Shown: positions 1 through 9,833 of the stretch, one piece after another | Layout: each line of letters opens with the position of its first letter | How positions within the stretch are numbered: position 1 is the stretch's first letter | Source of the DNA: a virus | Length of the DNA stretch: 64,000 nt | Direction: 5' to 3' (one strand) | Virus record (IMG/VR): IMGVR_UViG_3300028840_007026 | Span: 17,356 to 81,355 of that record | Notes under the pieces: model-generated | Told to the model about the DNA's origin: nothing | What the model saw: only the letters and a program-made list of their open reading frames with translations | The model's database searches: none | Program-made: the position numbers and the translations under genes

Positions 1-485
1 GAAATCAAATCTTTTGCATCGTCCTTGGTCAGTTCGAATGTCACCTCCGGAATGGAAGTAAACTGGTCCCAATAATCTTGTTCATCATCTTCATCCATTC
101 TGAGACGAGTAGAAATCATTTCCGGATTGGATGTGAGATAACTGAGTTTCCGAACAAAATTTTTATTTCCAATAAACAGCCTTTCCTTTTCTTCGCTCAT
201 TTCTGTAAAAATCTTTTCAGTGTTGATGGAGCCGAGAAATTTGATAACCGTTTCAATATTCCCCAAACCGACGTGAAGGGAAACCCCCTTAGAAGCTACT
301 GAGGCTGTTTTAGTTAATACGATTATGTTGTTTGTTATGTCTACAACTTCGGCCAGAGCTACGCCTCCTTCGATGGTCAAAACACATTCGTTTATGGCTC
401 CGCCGAGATAAATCTTTCGCAGGGTTGAAAGTAGTTGGTTTCTTACGATGGTGGACTTTTCACGTTTTTTTAATTTCTTTCCCAT
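1..485 (-). CDS. Partial gene, possible DNA sliding clamp (PCNA/gp45-like); runs off the window
   Basis: Not in the ORF track. ATG at 485 after AAGGAG, open to base 1 (MGKKLKKREKSTIVRNQLLSTLRKIYLGGAINECVLTIEGG...). Helix-then-beta pattern resembles clamps; lies in the replication module. Confidence 0.4.
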   Translation of the reverse strand, partial: MGKKLKKREKSTIVRNQLLSTLRKIYLGGAINECVLTIEGGVALAEVVDITNNIIVLTKTASVASKGVSLHVGLGNIETVIKFLGSINTEKIFTEMSEEKERLFIGNKNFVRKLSYLTSNPEMISTRLRMDEDDEQDYWDQFTSIPEVTFELTKDDAKDLI

Positions 486-514
486 TGAGTATTTCTCCTT
501 CGAATAAAAGAGTC

Positions 515-562
515 AAAAAAAAGACCACCGACCTCCAAGAATGGAAAGGAAACCGGTGGTCT
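515..562 (-). terminator. Rho-independent terminator
   Basis: AGACCACCG...CGGTGGTCT stem followed by a T8 run on the minus strand, downstream of 594-1697. Confidence 0.8.
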
Positions 563-593
563 AAATTGTAATACTATTGGCGAACGTTATTGC

Positions 594-1697
594 TTAGTCA
601 CCGAGTGTCGCAATCACGCCTCCATCGGTTCCGCTGCCGTCCGTGGTGAGGACAACCGTGCAGCTTTTGCCAATGTTGCGAATGAGATTCCGCATGACCA
701 AACCGTACAATTGGCTCGGCTCCTTTTTCTTCTCCTTCGCAATGGGTTTGGCGATTTCATGGATGGTGGCACCCTCCCGAATTGCGTCGTAGATTCTCGC
801 CGGAATGGAATCCCGTCGCATACCCTTGGGGTAGTCGTCTCCACCCTTGTCTTTGCCTTTTCCCTTCTTTCCCTTTTTCTCGTCTTCGTCTTCGTCACCG
901 GATTTCTCTTCCATAGCCTCAACGATTTCCTCAATCTTATCGTCAAGGTTTTTCTTCGTGACTTTGATTTTCAGGTTATTCTCCTTGACAAAAGCCTTTA
1001 CTTCTTTAAGGCTCATGTCTTCGAGCTCCTCGGTCAAGGCGTCGGCGTCGAATTCCTCGGCCTCGTCGTCGGCGTCGTCGTCGTCGTCTTCTTCGGCACC
1101 GGATTTCTCTTCCATGGCCTCGACGATTTCTTCGACCTTGTCTTCCATATTCTTCTTTGTGACCTTGATCCCCAAGTCATTCTCCTTGATGAAAGCTTTC
1201 AGCTCCTTGAGGGACATTTCCTCGAGTTCTTCGGTCAATTCGTCGGCGTCGAATTCCCCGGCGTCGGCCTCGTCGTCGTCTTCTTCTTCTTCTTCTCCAT
1301 CGGAGCTTTTTTCTTCCATGGCCTCGACGATTTCCTCGATCTTCTCATCGAGGTTTTTCTTCGTGACCTTGATCCCCAAGTCGTTCTTTTTCACGAAAGC
1401 CTTTACTTCCTTGAGGCTCATTTCCTCGAGTTCTTCGGTCAATTCGTCGGCGTCGAAGTCGTCGGCGTCGTCGTCATCATCATCGGCTTTCTTTTTTGTG
1501 TCAGGCACCTGATCCTCATAGAAATCGAGAATTTCATCGGGAATCTTCCCGAGCTTCCCGTCGTCGTCCATCTTCTCGATGGCGGACATGAAGTCTTCCA
1601 GGAGGTCTTCGACGTCAGATTTGATGTTGATCTTCTTTTTGAGAAGACGGTTCAGTGCCTTGACATGTTTCTTCAGTTCTTTCTTGTCGATCGCCAT
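594..1697 (-). CDS. Highly acidic protein with three ~50-aa helical repeats and a C-terminal wHTH-like domain
   Basis: Three copies of FDADELTEELEEMSLKE(V/L)KAF..KN.L.IKVTKKN....IEEIVEAMEEKS joined by D/E runs; AGGAGA RBS; GC-rich third codon positions. Confidence 0.85.
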   Translation of the reverse strand: MAIDKKELKKHVKALNRLLKKKINIKSDVEDLLEDFMSAIEKMDDDGKLGKIPDEILDFYEDQVPDTKKKADDDDDDADDFDADELTEELEEMSLKEVKAFVKKNDLGIKVTKKNLDEKIEEIVEAMEEKSSDGEEEEEDDDEADAGEFDADELTEELEEMSLKELKAFIKENDLGIKVTKKNMEDKVEEIVEAMEEKSGAEEDDDDDADDEAEEFDADALTEELEDMSLKEVKAFVKENNLKIKVTKKNLDDKIEEIVEAMEEKSGDEDEDEKKGKKGKGKDKGGDDYPKGMRRDSIPARIYDAIREGATIHEIAKPIAKEKKKEPSQLYGLVMRNLIRNIGKSCTVVLTTDGSGTDGGVIATLGD

Positions 1698-1792
1698 TTT
1701 TCTCTCCTTAATTAATAATGAATGTTTTGCCCTTTATTGGGCGATTGGGAAACGTTCCCGACAAATGTGACTGAATGATAACAGGTGAAATA

Positions 1793-3451
1793 TTAATTTT
1801 CTTGTGAAACTCGATATTTTTTTTCTTTTTCCCAAATCCTAACATTTTCCAGTATCGGCTGGCTGGTAGCCAATCTCTGAGTTATTAAAACTTCGTTTGA
1901 AATGGCAAATTCCTGGTGTCTGTGGAAAAGTACACCAATCCTTGCGATTCCCAATTTCTTCTCGTGGTCCATTTGGTTTAAAGCAATTCGCAAATCCAAG
2001 TGAGCATCTTTAGTTTTACTTTCACTCGTTGATAATTGATCCAATTGGTATTGAGTTCTTGAAGCCTTGTTCGCTTGATCCGCATTAATAACTAAGCAGT
2101 TTAATTCACCAGCGAGTTGAGAAGCCTGTTTCCATTTCCTGTCAACTTCATGCCTCATATTATCATCACTTGACTTCCCACTATTTGCTGTAATGTCAAG
2201 GTAGTCGAGTAAAATTATTTCTGGGACCCATTGGTGTTTTTCAATATATCTGTAAATGTAATTCTTTATTTCTTCAAATGTACGAGAAAACCTTGGGAAG
2301 CACTTGACTCTAAAGTTTGCAAGTGCTTTTTCTCTATATTGTCTAATGGTTTTTTTAACTATGCTTGGATGTAAAGCTTTAAGTCGAGAGGAATCAAACC
2401 ATATCGTTGGAAGGAATCTTTTTGTTTTGTGGGCATTGCTTCTAATTTTTGGATTATTGAGACATTCGGTACAACTATTCCATCCACGGTTGTTTATATA
2501 TGAGTAATTTGCTCCCGGATTTTCTATTAAATGGTGACCTCTTCTTTTAAATTTTCTTGCCATTTTCGGAATTCTACATGTTCCAAATTGATTATTTTCA
2601 CAATCGAGAATTGGATAGATCATTCTACCAGCTTTATGTGGGTCAACTGTGCGTGAGATTCTTTTCTGCATTCTCATTCTTTGAAGGGATTCTGATAGCT
2701 CTAAGTTGATTTTAAGTACTTTTCTCCCTTGATATAATGCAGCATCATACCCAATTTCATCGAGTAAAAAACTTTTACCACCCTTCTCAACTGCCGTTAC
2801 AGCGACTAACCAAGATCGCCTCAGCGGGCCGATTAACCTGCCCAGATCACCTTCAAACTCATAGACAACTTCGGAATTAAGATTCCCGGCAATGGCCGAC
2901 TCTTCTACATCTCTTTGTGAAAACGGTAGTATTATCCCCATGTTCTCATCTTCGATTTCATCGGAATCTATATCTGTCCATCCGCTGAATACTTTCGAAG
3001 CCTTTTCCACTTCATCATGAGCCAATAAATCTTGGGCTTTTTCTATTCTCAGGGATAACTCGCATATCCTAATAAAATTTGGAAGATCAAAAAGTATTAC
3101 ATCTTTCGTATTAGTTCCTTCGTCTTCGAAAATATCGTACAGGTCAGATAGGCTCGAAAGGTTTTTCTCCATTACATCCCGTGCAGATTTACTACCAAAC
3201 TGTTTTCCCCTTTTCTTGTGTTCCCAAATTTGTTGAATTCCATGAGCCGGTTGTCTACCAGTTTTTGCGTAGTACTTAATCACCCATTGAAAAATCTTTT
3301 TGTTATCGTTTGTAAAGTAATTTGATTTCAATTCACCTGCAACATACCTCCTGTAACATGCATCGCAAACATCATTGTCCATAATCATGTAACTGAGAAC
3401 TTTTGCTTCCTTCTCGAAATGAGTATTTAAACTTTTTTTCTCAATTATCAT
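1793..3451 (-). CDS. DnaB-like replicative helicase
   Basis: Walker A AVEKGGKS, INLELS motif, Walker B IILLDYLD, ADQANK motif; Cys-rich insertion. Confidence 0.85.
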   Translation of the reverse strand: MIIEKKSLNTHFEKEAKVLSYMIMDNDVCDACYRRYVAGELKSNYFTNDNKKIFQWVIKYYAKTGRQPAHGIQQIWEHKKRGKQFGSKSARDVMEKNLSSLSDLYDIFEDEGTNTKDVILFDLPNFIRICELSLRIEKAQDLLAHDEVEKASKVFSGWTDIDSDEIEDENMGIILPFSQRDVEESAIAGNLNSEVVYEFEGDLGRLIGPLRRSWLVAVTAVEKGGKSFLLDEIGYDAALYQGRKVLKINLELSESLQRMRMQKRISRTVDPHKAGRMIYPILDCENNQFGTCRIPKMARKFKRRGHHLIENPGANYSYINNRGWNSCTECLNNPKIRSNAHKTKRFLPTIWFDSSRLKALHPSIVKKTIRQYREKALANFRVKCFPRFSRTFEEIKNYIYRYIEKHQWVPEIILLDYLDITANSGKSSDDNMRHEVDRKWKQASQLAGELNCLVINADQANKASRTQYQLDQLSTSESKTKDAHLDLRIALNQMDHEKKLGIARIGVLFHRHQEFAISNEVLITQRLATSQPILENVRIWEKEKKYRVSQEN

Positions 3452-4419
3452 TTCTTTGTTATCTCCTTCCAGTTGTGGACAAAAACTTTATCGCCATATG
3501 ATGAACGGTTGAATTTGATCAATGCCTCCGGTAGTAAATGTGAATAGAAATTTTGATACTGGACAAATCGAAGTTGAGTAATTCTCAATGTTTTATATTT
3601 GCACAGTGCGTCACAAATAAAGTCTACCAGCCAAAACGGATCTTTGAAATCGTTTAGTTTAGCCCAATTGGAAAGATAATTTGACCAGCGAATAAATATT
3701 GATTTCTTCTCAGGTCCGTTAATATTTGAGACGTTTGGTTGATACTTTTTCCAAGCTACCATCAATGCTTCTGTCAACGGTTTATTTCTATCTTTCGGAA
3801 CGAATGAATATTTATCGTAAAGATATTTTCTGCCGTTGAGACTTTCTTCAAACCACGATCTGGGAATGTTTTTAAAAGCAGTTTTATTTACCAAACTTTC
3901 GTAATTACTTTTTTCATAACTGAAGAAGTCACCAAGTGTAAATCCGTAATTGGTGTATGCAAAGTAGTACTTGAAGTCCGGGCGACTGAATAACGAGTGA
4001 CAACTTTCAATTGCTGCTATAATCTCTGGAGTAGAGTGTTTTTTAAGTGCTTTCGTAATTTGATTCATAGCTCTTGAAGTTGTTTTTGAGATGACTGGTC
4101 TGTGATGAGCAAATATCCCTTTTTGACTAACCCATACTTTAAAAATCATGTAGTGAGAATTAGTTTCAAATTTTAATTTTCCACTACTCTTATCATTTCC
4201 ACTTCTTTTGAACAGGAATTCATTCCTTTCAACGTTTTTCTTATGCCTTTCAACCATTTTGCGACTCGCTTCGATGGATTCTTTTACCAGTGTTTCTGGT
4301 ATTGCATAAACTCTTCGATGAATTCTTCCACTACCGAATTTTGAGTCTTTTATCCAAATTACAGAGCCTCCCCGATTATACAGATATTTTTTTATCTCAA
4401 GCATAGTTTTTCTTTTCAT
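3448..4419 (-). CDS. Hypothetical protein, possible replication initiator or helicase loader
   Basis: 323-aa ORF with ATGA overlap to the helicase, between primase and helicase; function inferred from position only. Confidence 0.6.
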   Translation of the reverse strand: MKRKTMLEIKKYLYNRGGSVIWIKDSKFGSGRIHRRVYAIPETLVKESIEASRKMVERHKKNVERNEFLFKRSGNDKSSGKLKFETNSHYMIFKVWVSQKGIFAHHRPVISKTTSRAMNQITKALKKHSTPEIIAAIESCHSLFSRPDFKYYFAYTNYGFTLGDFFSYEKSNYESLVNKTAFKNIPRSWFEESLNGRKYLYDKYSFVPKDRNKPLTEALMVAWKKYQPNVSNINGPEKKSIFIRWSNYLSNWAKLNDFKDPFWLVDFICDALCKYKTLRITQLRFVQYQNFYSHLLPEALIKFNRSSYGDKVFVHNWKEITKK

Positions 4420-4691
4420 GTCACTTACCTTCCGATCGTTATGTTCCAGATGTTTTTAATCGCCTCAACTACCCCCCCTCAGACTCCCCCCCTTATGTTT
4501 ATATTTACTTCGTAAATTAATATAAACATTGGGGGTATTGAATAAAGTTTTAATGTTTTTAACACAACATCCCTTTTGACCTGATATTGAGTACTACCTG
4601 AACTCCACTCACACGACTGCTACGCTCGGCAGAGCCTCGCTCCGACAGTCGTTTGGGAACGCGCTGCGCGACGTTCCCCAGAGGAAGTTTT

Positions 4692-5624
4692 TTATTTTTT
4701 AACAAGTTTTAATTCTCTCATGAGAAGATATGCATCCTCCTGGGATAAACTTCCTGGGTCGGACATTTCCTTGATTGAAATAATATTGATTTCCCTTGCT
4801 ATCGAAAAGCATTGTTTTGCGAGCATCCTTGCAGCACGAATCCCTGGATCGTCATTATCGAATAGGATATGGAGGGTAGTTAAATTCTTCCTGATCAATT
4901 CAGCTATTTGCTTCTCGTGGTACATAGTTCCAAAAAAACTAACACTACCGTCTCCAAGCCTCCAAACGTCTGTGGGTCCTTCCACAACTACTGCCGAGCC
5001 GCCTTCAGGAACCGAATCCAAGCCGTAAACAAAGTGTTTGGGGTTTGGGTAGTATTTCTGAGGCGCAGCCTTGTAACGGAGCTCTGAGGCGTCCGTAACA
5101 TCTCGTGAAGTAAACGTTATTATCCTGCCGTTTTTGATTACAGGAATGATAATTCTAAATTTGTAAGGACCATGTATTCCAACTGCTCGCAATTTATATT
5201 TGGGAATTATTTTGTGGGGATTGAAGTTTCTTGAGATGAGATAATTTGTATGAAGTTTTGGAAAGTGCCTAAGTGATTCTTCCGGTAGTTTTAGTGTTAT
5301 TTCTCCATTGACAATTTTGTCAATATAATTTTGTGAACTTGATTCATAACCGTCTTCTTCTGGTGGAATTTCTGTCTCATCGAAATCTCTTACATATTCT
5401 CGTGCTTCCTTCGATGAGATATTGCATACATTGGTGAGAACCCTAATTAGTGATTTACCTCCGCATTTCCAGCAACGACAGCGTAGCGTGGAAAGATTGA
5501 TTCCGAGATGATTACTACTATCATCACAAAATGGACAGGTTAAACCAATCCATCCCCGATTGACGTTTTTACCAGATGTCCAAATCCTCACGTCATGTTC
5601 TTCGAGAAGTTCAATTAGGTCCAT
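4692..5624 (-). CDS. DNA primase (Zn finger plus TOPRIM)
   Basis: CPFC..H...CWKC zinc finger; TOPRIM motifs VVEGPTD and FDNDDPG. Confidence 0.9.
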   Translation of the reverse strand: MDLIELLEEHDVRIWTSGKNVNRGWIGLTCPFCDDSSNHLGINLSTLRCRCWKCGGKSLIRVLTNVCNISSKEAREYVRDFDETEIPPEEDGYESSSQNYIDKIVNGEITLKLPEESLRHFPKLHTNYLISRNFNPHKIIPKYKLRAVGIHGPYKFRIIIPVIKNGRIITFTSRDVTDASELRYKAAPQKYYPNPKHFVYGLDSVPEGGSAVVVEGPTDVWRLGDGSVSFFGTMYHEKQIAELIRKNLTTLHILFDNDDPGIRAARMLAKQCFSIAREINIISIKEMSDPGSLSQEDAYLLMRELKLVKK

Positions 5625-5660
5625 TTGAAATACTCCTCCATACTACCGATTCTCTTTGAT

Positions 5661-7064
5661 TCATATCCATTTTTGTTCCATGTAAATCTGAATTCGTTGC
5701 ACGGTATGTTCGGCTAAGAAACGATATCCGTCGAGAAAATCGACTAAAGTAATTTTACTTTTCCCTACGGATGTTCTCAATCCTCTTCCCATTGCTTGTA
5801 GGATAATTCGCTCTGCTTTCATTCCATGTGCTAATATTATCTTGTTCAACGATGGTATATTCACCCCTTCCCGCCAAACTCTCGAACAAATTACTACTGG
5901 AATTTTTCGTTCCTTCAATTTGTTTTTAATTTTTGTTCTCACCTCCTTATCTGTGGCACCATAAACAAACGGAACTTTTATCCCTTTTAATCTTAACATA
6001 TGTTTCAGGTTTTCTCCATGCCGCGTGTTTTCTATGATTACAAGAACTGTATGCTTTTTCTTGACAGCTTTTAAAACTTCGGCAACAATCAACTCATTGC
6101 GATATTTGTTATTTGTAATCCCCTCATCGTACATTCCTTTGTAACTTCTACCAGCTTTCTCAACGACAGTATGTTCCAGTGGAACTGGTAGTAGTTTAAC
6201 CTCTGGCTTCGCAATGATACCTTTCCTAATTCCTTGCTGCATGCCGAGTTCCGCGATTATTGGCCCGAAAAAACCTTCACAAATTAGTCTTTCTTTTCCT
6301 TTTACTGGAGGAGTAGCACTCAACCCAATTTTAACTGGAGACAAATTGTATTCCATAGTTTTGCCGTATTGGGATTTTTTACTTGTTACTTTATGACATT
6401 CGTCTACAATTGTGACGTCAAAAAAATCGCACCATTCGGTAGGTGAGTACTTTGAAAATGTTTGGATTGTGGAGACAACAATAGGATTTTTAGTTTTTTT
6501 TATTTTACGGAAGGAAGGTTTGTATCCATCACCGAGTGCAAATACTTTTTGCTTTCCTGGTAATAGATTTATTTCTTCGATAGTTTGTGAGAGGAGGTCC
6601 TTCGTATGACATAGGAATAAACGAGGTGAGTTTCTATATAGTGAGAAAATGCCGAGGGCGATAATTGTCTTGCCAGTGCCAGTGGGAAACTTAATTATGC
6701 CTCTTGAGAGCCTTCTAACGGCTCTGATGGCTCGTTTCTGGTCACGGCGAAAGGTTATGCCTTTTAAACTTGGTCGGCTGTTAGATGGCCTGAGAATTTC
6801 GAGATTGCTCCGATCAATAGACAAAAAAAATCCGGTCCGTTCCGCGTACTTTTCAATACGTGGAAGCAGACCGGACAGTAGTGTTCCACCGGAGTTTTTA
6901 CTACCGGTGATTAAATGTTGTTTGGTGACCGTGTTCTTGCCACCAAATCTCCCCCTCCTCCAACTGACGTTTTCATACTCAAGGCAAGGAAGTAGTAATT
7001 CTCTTGCTTCTTTATTTGCCTTGGAATGAATACTGTCAAGTGCGGTTACAAGTGCTTTACCCAT
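5661..7064 (-). CDS. Superfamily 2 DExH helicase (UvsW-like)
   Basis: PTGTGKT, IVDECH, GLSATP, EGVNIP and QAMGRGLR motifs; start moved to the Met at 7064. Confidence 0.9.
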   Translation of the reverse strand: MGKALVTALDSIHSKANKEARELLLPCLEYENVSWRRGRFGGKNTVTKQHLITGSKNSGGTLLSGLLPRIEKYAERTGFFLSIDRSNLEILRPSNSRPSLKGITFRRDQKRAIRAVRRLSRGIIKFPTGTGKTIIALGIFSLYRNSPRLFLCHTKDLLSQTIEEINLLPGKQKVFALGDGYKPSFRKIKKTKNPIVVSTIQTFSKYSPTEWCDFFDVTIVDECHKVTSKKSQYGKTMEYNLSPVKIGLSATPPVKGKERLICEGFFGPIIAELGMQQGIRKGIIAKPEVKLLPVPLEHTVVEKAGRSYKGMYDEGITNNKYRNELIVAEVLKAVKKKHTVLVIIENTRHGENLKHMLRLKGIKVPFVYGATDKEVRTKIKNKLKERKIPVVICSRVWREGVNIPSLNKIILAHGMKAERIILQAMGRGLRTSVGKSKITLVDFLDGYRFLAEHTVQRIQIYMEQKWI

Positions 7065-7387
7065 TCTTGTATTTCCCTTATTATTTGCTGAGCAACCCAA
7101 TTGCTTTTGAAAACCTTTGCGAGATGTTTGTGAATACTTCTTACAGTAACTTCATGCCTACGTGGAGTAGCAATTAAATCGACTATTTCATTCGGGGAAT
7201 TGAGAATAATATCAATCAACTCTTTTGCTTCGTTACTCAATCTCTCCCATGCTTGAATCTTTATTAATGCCTTTTCTGCGGATATTTCTTTCGCCGGTAG
7301 TATTTCATCTTCCGGATCAGCAGAACAATCATTTTTAAAAATCTCATATGCTACTCTATAATCGTTTTCACTAAGTTTTATTGGCAT
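7046..7387 (-). CDS. Hypothetical protein
   Basis: 113-aa ORF in operon orientation, overlapping the helicase start. Confidence 0.7.
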   Translation of the reverse strand: MPIKLSENDYRVAYEIFKNDCSADPEDEILPAKEISAEKALIKIQAWERLSNEAKELIDIILNSPNEIVDLIATPRRHEVTVRSIHKHLAKVFKSNWVAQQIIREIQEWVKHL

Positions 7388-7400
7388 TTCTGGTTTTCCG

Positions 7401-7895
7401 TTATCGCCTCCTTAATGTTCTTTTTTTCTCTGTGGGGCGACGTTTTAATGTTCTCGTTTTTGGTAAGAGTACATCAAATGCCTTTGTTAAGGGGGATTTA
7501 TTTTCTTTTCCATCTCTTCTTTTTAAAACCCTTTTTTGATTCCCCGGATCGGCTATTTCTTCTTTTCTCAGTAGCCTCCTCGGGGTTACAATAGGGACCA
7601 AATCGAGAAAATACCTCTCGATGATTGGTCTGATTTCTTTATCAAATTGTCTACAGTTTTTACACAACTCCCATGATAGTAAGTTTTTCTCATTCCTCCT
7701 TCGTGCTATACATTGGTTGTAATTGAGTCTGCAACCAAAGTTATCACAGTTGAAAATCGTTGGATTGAAGTACTTGCATTGCTTACTGTCAGCTTGTACT
7801 TTTTTCTTTGACGCGATGCACCGCTTAGTGTAGCCGTTGGATTCCCTTTTTACTACATCAGACCGGCACCACCAATGGCAGTTGGAACATGACAT
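7401..7895 (-). CDS. Cys-rich hypothetical protein with basic C-terminus
   Basis: CxxCxxxC and further Cys; AGGAGA RBS; RxLKRR repeats. Confidence 0.75.
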   Translation of the reverse strand: MSCSNCHWWCRSDVVKRESNGYTKRCIASKKKVQADSKQCKYFNPTIFNCDNFGCRLNYNQCIARRRNEKNLLSWELCKNCRQFDKEIRPIIERYFLDLVPIVTPRRLLRKEEIADPGNQKRVLKRRDGKENKSPLTKAFDVLLPKTRTLKRRPTEKKRTLRRR

Positions 7896-7944
7896 TCTCT
7901 TCTCCTTTTTAAAAGGAAAAGCTCCGAATGACTCGGAGCTCTTG

Positions 7945-7973
7945 AGTATACCAAATTGTGCTATAAAAGTAAA
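7945..7973 (-). promoter_or_regulatory. Sigma70-type promoter
   Basis: TTTACT-N17-TATACT with extended -10 TG, followed by hairpin AGCTCCGA/TCGGAGCT (7920-7940). Confidence 0.6.
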
Positions 7974-7981
7974 GAGGCGCT

Positions 7982-9106
7982 CTATTCGGTGCTTTCCTGG
8001 TTTTCAATGATATCGTAAAAGTCATTTTCGGAAGACTTTTGCCTGATGATCATAACCGGAAAACCATCTTTGACCAGTTTCCTTATTACTGCTTTCAATT
8101 TTGCAGTGGTATCCCTTCGACTGCAATTGAATTGCTTTTCAACTGCTGAACACAATTCACCGTAGTAAACACCTTCGCTCATCATTTCAGAGATGAGTGC
8201 GTGAATGCTTTTCTTCCGGTAGCCGAAGCGGTTCAGACCGTAGCGGTTGTTTTCTCCGCGACGTTTCAGAACCCTTTCTTCCTTTTGCGAAGTTTCTTCC
8301 TTCTGTGGAGTTGGAGTTCTCCGTTTGAGAATTCTCGGAGCAGGAGTATTCGGATCAACTTTCATGTCAAGGTCAATGCCGTGACACTTGTTAGCTGCCT
8401 TGAATGCCGCTGCACAAGCGGATACGAAATCCTTCGGTGGAGTTTCGAATTTGTTCTCCCATCGGATTTTCATATTGTTGAGAAATTTGATTGCTGTCGG
8501 AACTACTTTTGCAGCAACACGATTGAATACTGTCGTTTTGGTTGGGATGTGAATGATACGTCCGAATTCATCACCGTCAGTTACATAGTAGGAATAGGAA
8601 AATTGCTTCCCTTCTACCGGACCGACTTCGTTCGACTTGGTACCTTCCTTCAGGAACTCTTTGTAGTTCTCTTCGGATAATTTCTTTTTGCTCACTTCTT
8701 TGGTACCAGTGGAATCCAGTTCATCTACCCGTTTGATAACGTTTTTAATCTTGCCAGACAGTTCATCCAGCTTTTTGATAATCAGGTCTGCGATAAACGG
8801 GTCCAGGTCCTGTTTTGGAGAGCCTTCAGGAGCCTCTTCAGGTTCCCTTTCGGGAGGCCTTTGGTTATGGTTGTCGGCTTCCGGTTTGCTTTCAGGATCT
8901 GCTTTCCCAGCTTGAGCTCTTGCCAATATTGCTCGCTTATGGTCAGCATACCGTTGACACTTCGAACAGGTGATTTCTTCCGGACTGGCTTCGATTGGTT
9001 TGAGTAATCTTCTACCGTCGCATCTTGCAACAACCAAACCATCCAGCATTTTACTGTAATGGATTACTTCGCCTTTGGTTGTTTTACCATACTTTGCATC
9101 AGCCAT
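7982..9106 (-). CDS. Hypothetical protein (N-terminal Zn-binding motif, C-terminal wHTH-like domain)
   Basis: GGAGG RBS before ATG 9106; H...C...CxxC near the N-terminus. Confidence 0.8.
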   Translation of the reverse strand: MADAKYGKTTKGEVIHYSKMLDGLVVARCDGRRLLKPIEASPEEITCSKCQRYADHKRAILARAQAGKADPESKPEADNHNQRPPEREPEEAPEGSPKQDLDPFIADLIIKKLDELSGKIKNVIKRVDELDSTGTKEVSKKKLSEENYKEFLKEGTKSNEVGPVEGKQFSYSYYVTDGDEFGRIIHIPTKTTVFNRVAAKVVPTAIKFLNNMKIRWENKFETPPKDFVSACAAAFKAANKCHGIDLDMKVDPNTPAPRILKRRTPTPQKEETSQKEERVLKRRGENNRYGLNRFGYRKKSIHALISEMMSEGVYYGELCSAVEKQFNCSRRDTTAKLKAVIRKLVKDGFPVMIIRQKSSENDFYDIIENQESTE

Positions 9107-9204
9107 TTTTAATCCTCCTTTGAGTGGGTTGAGTAAATACGTCAGTGTTAACAATATAACACGTTTCGCATTAATTTAGTACGCCAAACTATTTTGGAAT
9201 ACTA

Positions 9205-9234
9205 AATTAATGGGGGAGCCGAAGCTCCCCAATT
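9205..9234 (-). terminator. Terminator or 3' hairpin closing the ribozyme-punctuated operon
   Basis: GGGGAGC-TTCG-GCTCCCC (C(UUCG)G tetraloop) just after the 9238 stop; U-tail is weak. Confidence 0.65.
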
Positions 9235-9237
9235 GGG

Positions 9238-9468
9238 TTAAACATAGGGACTTCTCAACGGGACGTGAAGTCGAGACTTGCTACGCTTGGACGGATCCCT
9301 GCGAACTTCTCGAGCAGTTGCCATATAATGCTCTGTGATATCTCTCCAATGGTGGAAACAAAAAAGATGTTTTTGGGTCGGTTTCCGATCTGCGACGTTT
9401 TTCTTAATGGGTTTTCCACAGATCTCACATCGGCGATTGCTCATTTCGGTGTACGGAACCTTTTTCAT
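9238..9468 (-). CDS. Small Zn-finger protein
   Basis: CEIC...CFHH; AGGAG RBS; ATGA overlap with the upstream gene. Confidence 0.75.
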   Translation of the reverse strand: MKKVPYTEMSNRRCEICGKPIKKNVADRKPTQKHLFCFHHWRDITEHYMATAREVRRDPSKRSKSRLHVPLRSPYV

Positions 9469-9812
9469 TTCTTCTCCTTAATTAGATATGACATTGAAAG
9501 TACTGCTTCCTTAATCGCTTTATGGCCGAGTTCGTAAAAGTAATAGAGTACAACGAACGTCTCATACGAACCTTGTTGAAGTGGAATATAATCGCCAATT
9601 AAAGAACGGAGAATGTCGGGATTGTCATATGCATCATCTGCTGCACAATCCCTTTCAGAACCGTAACCACGATGGTTGAAATCCTCATCTACTGCTACCA
9701 TATCGTAAACTGCTGACTGGAGCCAGTTGATGTAGTTCTCAACACCATCTTTGATTTGTTCTTCTGTGAGCTGCTTCATGGTTTCATAGTTTTGCAATTG
9801 TAGATCTACCAT
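9465..9812 (-). CDS. Hypothetical acidic protein
   Basis: AGGAGG RBS before ATG 9812; the track's extension to 9887 runs through ribozyme HH1. Confidence 0.8.
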   Translation of the reverse strand: MVDLQLQNYETMKQLTEEQIKDGVENYINWLQSAVYDMVAVDEDFNHRGYGSERDCAADDAYDNPDILRSLIGDYIPLQQGSYETFVVLYYFYELGHKAIKEAVLSMSYLIKEKK

Positions 9813-9833
9813 AATAATCCTCCTATAAGTAGT

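Noticed and set aside
455-490. Possible frameshift at the A-run near the start of the clamp-like gene
   Set aside because: The run has seven A, which keeps ATG 485 in frame; no shift is needed.
711-1715. Long plus-strand ORFs (334 and 221 aa) and alternate-frame ORF 614-946
   Set aside because: Shadows of the codon-biased acidic repeat gene; no RBS and low-complexity translation.
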